Assembly (NCBI GenBank): GCA_002633005.1
Contig: NMRA01000563.1
Span: 124,001-188,000, forward strand
DNA from: Phoronis australis
Taxonomy: Eukaryota > Animalia > Phoronida
Length of the DNA stretch: 64,000 nt
Direction of reading: 5' to 3'
Below the pieces are notes generated by a model that worked only from the letters and a program-made list of their open reading frames with translations, was not told the origin of the DNA and made no database searches. Of this stretch, positions 13,092-24,092 are shown piece by piece. A program made the translations under genes and the position numbers. Numbering within the stretch: the first letter of the stretch is position 1; every line of letters begins with the position of its first letter.

Positions 13092-13525
13092 TTAAAAATG
13101 CAAGAACGTACTTAGTTTTCCGTATTTGTAAGACATGCAGGCAATTTCGTATGCGCATGAAATCAATAGTACGCGGTCGTTGTTTTCGTTATAAGTACAC
13201 CACTCGGCGCATCTAATAACCGAAGTGTCGTTTACTTTTGCACGCAAAAGTATGAAAATTAAACGTGGGTTCGAAAGTTTAGATATTTTCGGAGTAGTGA
13301 ACCTTCAGAGTAGCGAACCTTCAGAATAGTGGGCTGTGTCCATTTCCAGCGATGTAAGTAACACGCAAAATACAATCAGATAAAAATTTCGTCAAGTCAT
13401 TTTCATACTAAAAAAGCACGTCTGATTTGAAAGTTTGGCGGGTCGACCTTTGCAAAATATCAAAGGTCCTCTGTTCCAGAAATTCGAACCACCCCCTGCG
13501 CTATGCTGGCTACGGGCCTGTTAAG

Positions 13526-15335
13526 TCCATAAAATCGTTAAAGATGGGGAGAAAATACACCTGTTACAAAATAATTCATGAGACATAAAAAGCTGCCCGA
13601 GTCCAGCAAATCATAAATATAAGTAATACGCTTTTATAACATCACTTGTAAAAAACTGTTGTGTCATTAACAGTTATATTGCTCTCGTACCAGATTGGGT
13701 AATGTCGAATATCTTCATCCTTCTCAGTGTCCCAAATTTGGGAAAAGTAATCAAAAACCTCAAACCAAAATGAATTTGTCATTTTCTGTGAACACTTATT
13801 GTAAAAACCACACAGTTCTGACCACACAATAAGGGATGAAGCAACAGCCATTCTTTCCAAACAAACATCATTGGGTGAACTAAGTTCGTGGAACCAGGAT
13901 AGCTTATGAGATTTGATAAAATATTCAAAGTGAATCATTTTACAACCTCCTTGTGAAAAGTTTTGTATCATTTCAATTCTCTTTAATTTATTACCTTTGC
14001 CACGGCTAGCAAACCTGACAAACACTAGTTAAAGGTTGTGTGGTTGGCAATGACAGGGCAAGGAGTAAATGAACCAGCATAGGTAACAAGAGATACCTAA
14101 TTACAGCGATTCTAACGAGAGGAGTTAATTATTTCCTACGCCAAGTCATTATTTTTCTTTCGATTTCAAATCGAAAATAGTCTTGGTGTTTTCACGTATG
14201 TATTTTGCATTTATAAAACCTGTTTGAATCTTGCTAATCAGCGACACTTTTAATGACCCAAGGTGAGCAAAACAACCAGATAGTATCTTGAACGATGTGT
14301 TAAGCAAGGAAATATGTCTCAATTTACTCAGGTATTATCTGGGTTCCCTTTGGAAAGACAGCAATAACACCTTGGTTTGGGCTGGCTGGTAGGCACCTGA
14401 GTCAAAAGCTATAATTAAACGATCTGATGCAAAAACTTGGCAGATCATCCACTGAGAATCCATCCGGGTCCATCGCTTTACTCTTTTTCATATTTTTCGG
14501 ACACATTCCGCTTCACAAATTGTTACGGGAGCGTCCAGAATTCTCCCTGTGGTATCTCTTTGTTTTGTAATTTGATCTTGATTTCATCAAGGTTGTTAAA
14601 GTCAATTTCTTCTGCAAAGTTGTCTCTGAACTTATACAGATGCTTACTTCTGTTAAAAGCTCAACTTGTTCAGTTATGACTCGATTTTTAGAGGTAACTA
14701 ATTTTGTTATATTTGTGTTGGTGTATTTTATTTTTTACAAGCTGAAAACTATTTGGTATGCTTTTCGCCTTGTTTTGCCCATCTGGCTATTGATCTGATG
14801 AACCGTCCTTGCATTAAAGGATATATCGACATTGTTCTTCTCTGGTGGCTTTGTCCAACACTTCATCGATATCTACAGGGAACCAAACTCGCTTAGCTGG
14901 GGCAAACAGTTAATTTTTAGTAATATTTTATTCTTTCTTTGATTGCAAAATTCTTTCTTTTGCAAAAAACAATTATCTGTGATCTAATATTCATTAGAAG
15001 AAATTAAAAAATACAAGGAATCTTTTATAACAAATTGAATCTCCTCCGGTTTAATTCGATTGATATTTTCTCAGTTTTATAGGGAGAAGCGGCATATTTT
15101 GAGATGACCTCGAGTATTTCAGGTACAAATAGAGTGGTGAATTCTGTGTCCTACAAATAGGAATAGTTAAAGCCCTAAAACAAGTAGTTTAGAATCTATG
15201 CTCGCATTTTCTTGAAACTTGGAACTTCGAAATTGTTTCCAGGCTTCAAGCTCCAACTCATCCAAACTCTTAATCTGTGACATTTCAACACGAAACATAA
15301 AAGATTAATTTTCCAGGATCCAATGTTGAACTTCA
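13526..15335 (-). mobile_element. Decayed, internally deleted Tx1/L1-like LINE ORF2 (copy 1)
   Basis: Motifs in order: KFNIGSWKIN, KYAASPY...EIQFVI, KAMDPDGFSV, RHISLLNTSFKILSGC...QTGFINAKYIRENTKTIFD, WRRK*LTPLVRIAVIR.LLLP, QGGCKMIHFEYFIK, IWYESNITV..VFYK; many stops and frameshifts. Confidence 0.8.
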
Positions 15336-15449
15336 ACATGAAAATTTAACTCGAAACTTGCCCGATCGTCGACCATGGACGGAACATAGAATCATTGTTC
15401 AAACCTAGCGGCATAGAGAAAGAAGGAAAGTACATGAAGTCACGTGGAC

Positions 15450-16730
15450 TATAGTGACTCTGCGCGTGTAAGCGCAGAGTACTGTTGTTCCTGGGTTTTC
15501 TTCAATTTTATTCTTATTCTTCTTATTCTTCTTCTTCTTCTTCTTCTTCTTCTTATTCTTCTTCCGACCAATTTTGAGGCTTAATAACTCCAAATTGGGT
15601 GCAGGTACGGTCTTTAAATTCAGCATATGACTTTTGACAGTATATAAATTTTGATTGGTTATATAATCATATTCCATATTGCACCAGAAGAGGTCGTTTG
15701 GTGCAAAGGTCATATAATTTTCAAAATGCTACTCCTCCTTCAGTTTTAAAGCTATCTTTTTCAAATTCGGTGCACAGGTATAAGTCAACATGACAATTTT
15801 AAAAATTACTTTTCTAAGAAATCGAGTCATCCAATCAGGTGAAATAGGTCAAAGGTCATTAGGTGCAAACTAAAATTTTGAGCTAGACACTTCAAATTTA
15901 CAGGTCTGATTGCCACAGGTATACAAATCGAAATCCAAAGTTTCAGGTCATTTAGTGCAAACATGAGGTCATTAGGTGCATTTTACTTCTGAAAATTTGA
16001 CCTTTTCAATCAGCAAGTATTCTGATGTGTCAACCGTTAGACAACTGTGATTCTCAGCGTTAAACACATTTTCCATGGGCTTTGCAATAATTCTCCTAAA
16101 GATGCTTAAAATGCACCGGATAAGGTCAATTAGTGCAAAGGTCATGTAACGTTCAAAATGTTATATCTCTTACGTTTTTCAAGGAATTCTTTTCAATTTC
16201 AGCACACTGGTGTAAGTCAACATGCCAATTGAATACCCTACTTTACTTCGCAATAGGCCTAACCAATCAGAAAAAATAGGTCAAAGGTCATTGAGTGCAA
16301 ACTAAAATTTTGAGCTAGAGACTTCAGAATTACGTATCTGTTTACTAAGTGCGTTTGAGTTTGAATTCTAAATTTTCAGGTCATTTGGTGCACCCATGGG
16401 GTCATTAGGTGCATTTTTCTTCTGAAAGTTTGACCACTTCATTCATCTTGTATTCTGAAGTGCTTAAAGTAAAACATCTGTGATTATTAGCATTAACCAC
16501 ACTTTTAATAGAGTTAACAATTACTCCCTCATCGGGGCTCATAATGCACGGAAGAGGTCAATTAGTGGAAAGGTCATCAAAAAATTAATATGTAATTTCT
16601 CCTACAATTTTAAAGAATTCCTTTTCATATTGGTAAACGGGTTCCTGTCAGTAACTTCCCATAATAATTCCAGTAATACGCACGCGCAGAGTCCGTTATT
16701 GTCACGCCGTGACAATAACCTTTCTAGTTT
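15450..16730 (+). mobile_element. Helentron-associated interspersed element (HINE/DINE-1-like)
   Basis: 13-bp subTIRs GACTCTGCGCGTG (15456) / CACGCGCAGAGTC (16681); 5' partial inverted repeat GCGCAGAGT; (TTC/TTA)n tract; ~432-bp internal tandem period; 3' stem-loop GTTATTGTCAC-GCC-GTGACAATAAC then CTAGTTTT. Confidence 0.85.
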
Positions 16731-17342
16731 TCATTTATAATCCGAGCTGTACATTTTTAGTGCCAGGAGTGCCCGAGCTTAAACACCTCTCTTAGGTACT
16801 GCTGAGTGCGTGACTGATCAGCCTAAATCATCGATGTCAAGTAAGAAAAGCCTATTTGTAAAAATTCAGTGGGTAATTTGACCAGAGTTAAAGGAACGAT
16901 AAATCCGCGTCGTCGGTGAAAAAATGATTTAAGTTTATATACCACTATTGTCATCTTTTTCTTCACTCAGTTCGGAAAGGATTTCTTGAGAAAGGTCAGG
17001 TCGATAATACTTCAAATCAGGTACATTATGTTGCTTGTCACGGTGGGATAGTTTCAGTCAACAAGGACGTTAGGGAAATTCACGAATTGTATTGACGGTA
17101 ACAAACCTCAATTAAAACCAAAGAATAATATCGCAATACCGTTGCTTTTGAAGGGCAAATCCACCTGTCCTGTGAAGAACATTCATATGGATTTTTTAAT
17201 GCCAGATTTCTTTAATTTGAGATTGCAAATTCTTAAAACGGAAACGTGAACAGAACAAAAGGTGATTATCTTATATTCCTAACCGCCGTTCGCAAAAACC
17301 GCAGGTCGAGACATTAGTTTTTAACTGGCCTGTGCGGGATTG

Positions 17343-17460
17343 ACGGACCGTGTGTTGACCGCAGATGATAGCCGTTGGTGGAGGGAACATGTATGAAGTC
17401 ACGGACCGTGTGTTGGCCGCAGATGATAGTCGTTGGTGGAGGGACGATGTATGAAGTCAC
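17343..17460. repeat. ~58-bp tandem duplication
   Basis: ACGGACCGTGTGTTG.CCGCAGATGATAG.CGTTGGTGGAGGGA...GTATGAAGTC occurs twice. Confidence 0.9.
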
Positions 17461-18389
17461 GCCAAGAACAAACCGGGTGTGCAATAGACTTTACGTGGAA
17501 CTGTTCTAAGAATATTCTTTGTGAGTGTAAAAAGATCGACTCTTATATTATTTTGTGCAAAGACACCGAGTTGCTGAAGTCGACGGAGTTGCTTAATTAT
17601 CGCAATGCATTAGGCCTATGTTTACACGTTTTTTTAGATTTTCAGTAAAATATTGCTTTAACAGTTTTCCTGCGTCTGCTTTAATTGTGTCACTGGAAGT
17701 CAGGTCGTAACACTCGGGAACAGCGCTTTGTACAAGTCATTTTTTCTTCCCGAAAAAGCGTCCTTGGGTGCTACTTCGTCCTACTCTTTCGACAAAGCCT
17801 TAGGTACTTTGTGGTGATGGGCGGAATTTATTGGTAACCGCGCGTGCGTTATCAAATCAATATGACCAAAGCTGGAGAGAGGTGCAAGTAATTCACGTTG
17901 CGTCACTCAACCAATCTTGAGCACAAGTAAAGAAGCGGGTTATGTGGCCCCAAGTTTTAAAAAATGCATTCTGGATCCTCTGCGGTCGCCTCAAAACGTG
18001 TTCTTATCCACGCACCCTTTCAATCTGTAACTGGCAACTGTTCACGAGGGGAAGTAGAAAATATTCAAATTGGACATGAAAATGTTCATTTGAAGCATCA
18101 AGGCATGTGTCCCAAATAACCAAAAAGTGTGACTGCTTAAAAAAATTAGAATAAAACAAAGAAACAATACCATTGACTGGAAACGAAAGACAGAAGAAGA
18201 TGAAGACCAAGGACTGCTTGCGAATTATACAAAGGCACTATTCTCGATGGTGTTATAACGATATTTTACTAGTACTGCTCCGAAAGAATTTCAAAAATAC
18301 TATTTCTTTTGAAGATCGTTATTAGGAAAGCACCTTACCCCAAACAGCACAGTGCGCTAGAGTGATTTTGCCAATATGAACTTACTTTA

Positions 18390-20160
18390 AACACTTGATG
18401 GAACTGTGCTCAACCGTCATCTTCAGTTGGTCTCCCACTGTCCTTAATGGTTTCGTCCCTAAACCAAGATCATCTCTAGTAGGCGGGACAACAGAGTTGA
18501 TCAGGCTCTGCCTGACGGTTGTTGATGGTATTGCTGTTGGTGCTTCATCCATATCCAACAAGATGCCTGTTCAGCTTCGGTGGCCACATCGCGGAGAAGA
18601 ACCTTCTTTCCTGTCGCAGAGACGCCCAGAGACCTTGCCATAGCAGTAACCGAGCTGGCCGGAAAACCACGGCAACCAACCTCCACGGAAAAACTCCAAC
18701 ACCTCCAGCCGTTAACGTGGCAGTCACTCCTCAGATCAGTATATTTCAGGTTCTTCCGCTCATGTGCCTCTTCTACCCTACTCTCCCACGGAATGGTGAG
18801 CTCGATCAGGATGATCTGGTGGGAACTATCCGAATAAAGAATCAAGTCAGGGCGCTGGGTAGTCTGGAAAATGTGCTGTGGGAAGGATGACTGGTGACCG
18901 GCAAGATCAACCCACAATTTCCAGTCGTTGGCTGTGTGAAGGATGCCTTTCTGCGCTGGTGACTTCTTCTTTTTTGCCTCATCGCCACTTCTTCTGAAAC
19001 TGATAAATTCGATCCGGTGGCTTCTTGACTTTGGTTTACTCTTGACTTCGTCAACCAACACCCTTGCGAAAACTTTCAGTACCTGGTTGTGCCGGTAGGT
19101 GTACTTTCCTGATGCCAAAGACGCGCTGCAATATGACAGAATGTGTTCTAAAGAACATCTGCGTCCACACTGAATACAGCTCGGGTTGTCAGTAAGACCC
19201 CAAATAGCAAGGTTGCTGGGAGTAGGCAGTACATCATAAACAGATCTGATGAGAAACTTTGCTTTCAAAGGCGACATCTTCCACAAGTCCGCCCACTTTA
19301 TTTCCCTTTGCAAGACTTTGTCCCACTTCGTCCACGCCCCCTGCTGACCCATCTGAACTGCTCGGGCATACCTTCCTTCGTTCTCTGACAATCTAACTTC
19401 TCTGATTATTCTGTCTCTGTCTGGGTTTTTAAGTCTCTTCCTTGCTGGATTCCCGGTCTTGTAGCCCAGTCCTTGCCTACCCTGGCAAGCACTTCCTATT
19501 AGTTGCTTGTGCCTCAGCCGGCTTTCTGCTTCGCTGATTGCCGACGTGGTGGACCACTTACTGCCGGTACGTGACTGGGTGATGCAACCACTGATAGCCT
19601 GGTCAGATGTATTCCGCAGAGTGATACTGGCTCGCACTTTGGTAACTTTATATTCCTCCACCACAGATGAGACCGGAAGAACGAGTTTCGATGACTTGCA
19701 GTACAGCCCGACGTTGCTGAATGATGCAGGTAGACCAAGCCACCTTCGAATGAACCGGCTCGCTGCTCTTTCCATTTCCTCAGCTGAAGACGACGTGACG
19801 TCGTAGATTAACAGTGGCCACATAAGCTTCGGGAGCAAGATGAACTGGTAGCACCAAAGCTTGAATCTTCCGGGTATGCCGTCTTTGTCGATCTTCTCAA
19901 GCCAAACCTTGAGCTGGGCTTTCACATCCTTGACACGGGATGTGTCTCGTAGGCTGCTATCATAGTACTTGCCAAGGCACTTGACTGGTTGTTCACTTAT
20001 TGTTGGAATTCTGCATCCTGCTATCGAAAACGTCTGTCTCTTGAGCAACACGCCTCTGTTGATAATTAGTGATCTGGACTTCTCTGCCTTGAATGACATA
20101 CGGGCCCATTTAGTGAGCTCTTCTAGGCAACGGAGAATTGTTCTGGCTAACGCAATAGGC
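18390..20160 (-). mobile_element. 5'-truncated RLE-type non-LTR retrotransposon (Hero-like clade)
   Basis: Open ORF plus ~110-nt 3'UTR; homology begins just after the expected RT catalytic DD motif; no clear TSD. Confidence 0.85.
18501..20156 (-). CDS. RT C-terminus/thumb, zinc knuckle and restriction-like endonuclease of the Hero-like LINE (partial; ORF-track Met at 20177 probably from flank)
   Basis: WARMSFKAEKSRSL, PVKCLGK, IPGRFKLWCYQFILLPKLMWPL, CIQC...HILSYC, RHNQVL, RPDLILY...IELT, KNLKY, VEVGCRGF. Confidence 0.88.
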   Translation of the reverse strand: MALARTILRCLEELTKWARMSFKAEKSRSLIINRGVLLKRQTFSIAGCRIPTISEQPVKCLGKYYDSSLRDTSRVKDVKAQLKVWLEKIDKDGIPGRFKLWCYQFILLPKLMWPLLIYDVTSSSAEEMERAASRFIRRWLGLPASFSNVGLYCKSSKLVLPVSSVVEEYKVTKVRASITLRNTSDQAISGCITQSRTGSKWSTTSAISEAESRLRHKQLIGSACQGRQGLGYKTGNPARKRLKNPDRDRIIREVRLSENEGRYARAVQMGQQGAWTKWDKVLQREIKWADLWKMSPLKAKFLIRSVYDVLPTPSNLAIWGLTDNPSCIQCGRRCSLEHILSYCSASLASGKYTYRHNQVLKVFARVLVDEVKSKPKSRSHRIEFISFRRSGDEAKKKKSPAQKGILHTANDWKLWVDLAGHQSSFPQHIFQTTQRPDLILYSDSSHQIILIELTIPWESRVEEAHERKNLKYTDLRSDCHVNGWRCWSFSVEVGCRGFPASSVTAMARSLGVSATGKKVLLRDVATEAEQASCWIWMKHQQQYHQQPSGRA

Positions 20161-20607
20161 CTCCCAAAGCTGAACATTTTCCTATTTTTTTTTTATCAAA
20201 TTCCCACATTTTCCTACTTTTTTATCAAGATTCAGTTGTCGATAAGGACATTTCTTGAATCTAACTAAGAAACAACTAGTAATCAGAACGCATATAAATT
20301 GCAGTAATCATGCTAACTGTATCAGTTTGATTTCTTAGGATGTTGGATTGAACAATGGTTCCTTTTTGAAATCGGAAATTGTGGTATTCCAAGAAAGGCT
20401 GCTTGTAATAAAAGCGTCAAAGCTGGTTATATATTCATCCTCCAGTCATTAAAAGGAGGGTAGAAGTTGGACATTGCCTGAATTCATTTGGATAATCTTT
20501 GGTTGATGAAAGGTTATTCTCCATTTTATGAATTCCTTCAGTCGAATTTTCATTTATTTGTTTTTATATGTATTTGCATTGCAATTACAGTGTTCATTTT
20601 AGAAAAC

Positions 20608-20667
20608 TGGGTCTTGACTCACAGGGCCTCAAGTCTATGGGTCTTGACTCACAGAGCCTCAAGTCTA
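20608..20667. repeat. 30-bp tandem duplication
   Basis: TGGGTCTTGACTCACAG(G/A)GCCTCAAGTCTA occurs twice. Confidence 0.9.
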
Positions 20668-21544
20668 GGGGCCAAAGTTGGAAGACATATTGGTCATCAA
20701 TTTGTGTCTTCCGTTCATGCATTTGCGGTTTTGTCTTGCATGCTTTAGCTTTACTTTTGCTTGTGTTTAACTCCCTCTAGTGGTGTATGGAGCTACGCGT
20801 TTCCTTCATTTCCTTTCTTATAAAAACCTAACCACTGGTATTTTTTATGCCTTCCTGGCACATCCTCGCGATGCTACACTGGTCCCAAGGCTTCTCTCTG
20901 CATATAATGTTTTCGTCCGGGTTTGCAGGCAGGCTCGTGTATTAGTTTATGTACGGTCTGTTAAAAAAAAAACACTTCCAAGCTTTTCCAACAACATTAT
21001 TGCGAAGTTTTCACATGAATGTATTTTTTCTTTTATTTTCGGAAACATGAACAACACTGGTCTCGAACCTCCCTTGCCATGACAACATTTGGTTTGTAGC
21101 ACTATAGACTAGCACTAAATGAATTGAGATGCCACATAACTGATTGACAAAAGTGACGGCATTTTGAAACTTCTTTACTTGACAACATCTAGATCGGCCT
21201 CATTGGATACAAAAATCATTTGCTATTAAGGTGCAGTAGGAAAAAGTCCGAGGTTTATTTTGTGAGGGTGACTAATCCTGAGTTCTGGGAGAGGTAAGCA
21301 CAAAAACGAAACAAGGTAAAACTTGCATGAAAACTTCTTAAACATCGAATCTTTGTAATAAAGCGTTTGTTGTTTTATGAATCTGGTCGAAGCTAGTCAG
21401 GGCCTAGTGTACCCCTAAGATAGCGCCCAGACTGCAGACAGTTGTTCAGCCGTTTCGTATCAGTGTATAAATATGGGTAGCCTGCTATCTATTGGACCGC
21501 AGGCTGGCAACAGTCTCCCTAGATGTTGCAGTAACATATACTGA

Positions 21545-21900
21545 CGATTTCATAAAGATGGTTTAAATTTAAACTTGGTTTAAACTGGACTTAGACTAGG
21601 TTTAAAGATAACCCGCATTTCATAAAGGTGGTTTAACTTTTAGACCAGTGGTCTAGTAAAACCTGGTTTAACTCCAGTTAAGACCTGGTCTAAATCAGTT
21701 TTCATTTCACCAACGAGGTCTGTATCCCTTAGAACTGTTTTAAAATCTTACACCAGGTTTAACTTTAGACTTGGTCTGACCCAGGTTTAATATTGTTAAA
21801 TATGGCAGACTTGCACGATATAGGTGCAACTGAATGATCCCACGATGTGCATTTAAGACGCAGTTTTAGAGAATAGACTATTTTCAATTTTCAGTTACAA
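21545..21900 (+). mobile_element. Probable Harbinger-type transposon left end remnant
   Basis: TTTCATAAAG terminus-like motif twice; many (T)TAAAC..GGTTTAA/GGTCTAA subterminal units; then a decayed MAD...RRSFRE reading reminiscent of HARBI1 N-termini. Confidence 0.4.
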
Positions 21901-22407
21901 CGACACAAGACCAAACATAACAGGGGCGGATTCAGGACTTTTTAAAAGGAGAGGAGGTCGGATCAAGGATTTTTTAAAAAGGGGGTTCAAGTCAACAATT
22001 TGAAAATTATAGATTTGATATCACTAAAATCAAGGGGAAAAGGGGGTCCGGATCCCTTGACCAACTTTATCCACCTATGCGTAGACCTATACGTGTTGCA
22101 GGGTGTCATTCGGATTCCTCAGAATACAACTATTCGAGCAAGGCGTCATTGTTGTTTGACTGAAGACGGCATCTTCTGACTCTTCTGAGTGATACCACCT
22201 CCAATAATGGGCCCCGATTTAAGGTTAGAGGGCAGGGGTCCTGCCCCTCCCCTTTGGCCGCAAAAATAAACACTAACATGACAAGGAAATAAATTTGATC
22301 ATTTACTATGTTGCGGTTAATCGTGAGCATGTACTTTAATGTGTGTACACAGACATTACAAAATTAAAAATGTCCCCTCATGATACCTTATATCTGCTAC
22401 TGGGTCC

Positions 22408-22572
22408 CAGAGGCGGATCCAGGATTTTGAGTTGGGGGGGCAGTGCAGAGTATAAACCAGGATTTTGCCCGTCAGACATTCGCACCCCCGAACTGCCAAA
22501 TGGAATATGGGAGAATGTTAGGAGGAGACATGGCCCCCTTGCCACCCCCCGCCCCACTAAATCCGCCACTGG
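22408..22572. mobile_element. Short GC-ended MITE (related remnant at ~21921-22075)
   Basis: CAGAGGCGGATCCAGG...TAAATCCGCCACTG inverted ends. Confidence 0.6.
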
Positions 22573-23541
22573 GTCCCTCACCGTTTTTCTTTTCAATTTT
22601 TCAACAATTTCTTTCTGGCCTTCATTTTTTGTGATTGAATTTGGTTTGTTTGTATTTGTGAACATGATGAGAATGAAAAAAAGATCACTTGCTCGGGTGT
22701 AGCTGCACTCTTCTTCAAGACGGCGGCCCCTGCTGCATTTGTGTCTTCCAAGGTAGCGACTGAGAAATTGACTGCCATTTCAGGTAGCCCTCAAACAAGC
22801 CAGATTTGCAAAAAAAAACTAGTTGGTTGACAGAACTTTTGAACCACATTTTTGGAATTGGTAGGAAATTTGCTTTCAGCATCTAATGTTTGCTTGGTGG
22901 TTTTATTTTGGGGTGAAAAGTGTCAATTTTGTGTTTTTTGGCCTTTCGTAGACTGCGTTGCTTTTCAGTAGGAGTGAAGGATTCAAAAATACAAGAGAGA
23001 ATAAAGTTTCTGTGCTCATCTGTAGGGCTTGCGATGTGAAATGACTCAAAAAACTTTTCATTCTTTGCATACAGTTTTTGACAGTGAAGAAAGGTGACGA
23101 GTACATTGACGTGTGTTCTGATGGGCAAACCCCTGTGAGAACTGCTCTGTGCCCCCTTTTACACTTGCGGCAAAAATTCTTACAATTCCAACACTCCAGC
23201 CTCACCGACCAATCACTTCAGTGGCTGCCATTTGTCTTGTAAGATTCCGAGCATACTCGTGAAACATTCGCTTTTCACTTGCGTGATTTTGCGAGATCTT
23301 GCTCTCGCAAAAAACTCGGTCTACGAACGCTCTCCCAGTCGGACCAAAAAGTGCAATTAGAGCAGTGTAGTAGCCATACCTCAATGCCGAACTGACTGCT
23401 GTTCGTATCTATGTTGGACATGTCATTACAAAACCATTCTGTTTCTTTAAGTCTGCTTTTGGCAAGTGAACTGTCTAGTTTAGTTTCCATTTGAGTCATT
23501 TTTGTGATAAAGGCACGTGAACTAAATAAACAGTGTCGGAT

Positions 23542-24092
23542 GAGTTTACATTGGTTTGTGGATGGCCGAGCAAGAGGTAAATGAATTAGCTTATGTAACA
23601 AGAGAAACTTAATTACAGTAATTCTGACGGGAGGAATTAATGGTCCTCCAGCCAGGACCAAGTTATTATTTCTCTTTCAATATCAATTCAAAAATAGCCC
23701 TGGTCTTTTCACCTATGTATCTTGCACTTATAAAACCTGTCTGAATCTTACTAATCAACGAATCAACGACACTTTTAATGAGGTGAGCAAGACAACCCAA
23801 TAATTTCTTGAAAGAAGTGTTAAGCAAAGAAATAGGTCTAAGTTACCCAGGTATTATCTGGGTTCCCTTTGGAACAACAGCAATAACGCCTTGGTTTTGA
23901 TTGGCCGGTAGGGACCCTAGTCAATAGCTATAATATACCAGATGAGAAAGAGTGATAGATGAACACCCCAAAGTAAACGAATTCTACCCAGAATACATCA
24001 GGGCCCGGCGCTTTGCTACTTTTCTTATTTTTAGGACACATTCCGATTCAAAAATTGCTACGGGAGCGTCCAGAATTCTTCATGTGGTATCT
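23542..24092 (-). mobile_element. Internal fragment of the same deleted Tx1/L1-like LINE (copy 2)
   Basis: Colinear with ~14030-14555; KSSKAPGPD, YIGEKTRAIFE, PPVRITVIKFLLL; flanked by ~28-bp direct repeats. Confidence 0.8.

Larger units (their letters stand above)
12082..13341. mobile_element. Non-autonomous TIR element with GG..CC ends and 8-bp TSD (Merlin/MULE-like)
   Basis: Inverted arrays of the 16-bp unit CACTATTCTGAAGGTT at both ends; ATTTCCAA (12074-12081) and ATTTCCAG (13342-13349) flanks. Confidence 0.7.
10825..13520. mobile_element. Non-autonomous TIR DNA element with nested insertions, inserted in the LINE
   Basis: CAGGCCCG...CGGGCCTG termini; TTAAG duplicated at 10820-10824 and 13521-13525. 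Confidence 0.75.

Noticed and set aside
15405-15713. Poly-Lys ORF
   Set aside because: Reverse translation of the HINE (TTC)n microsatellite.
18415-18460. GAAAC...CTGAAGA in the Hero 3'UTR resembling a permuted hammerhead
   Set aside because: No NUH triplet in position and stem II strands do not pair; simple hairpins explain it better.
18395-20268. Plus-strand and alternative-frame ORFs over the Hero element
   Set aside because: Shadow ORFs of the real RT/RLE frame.
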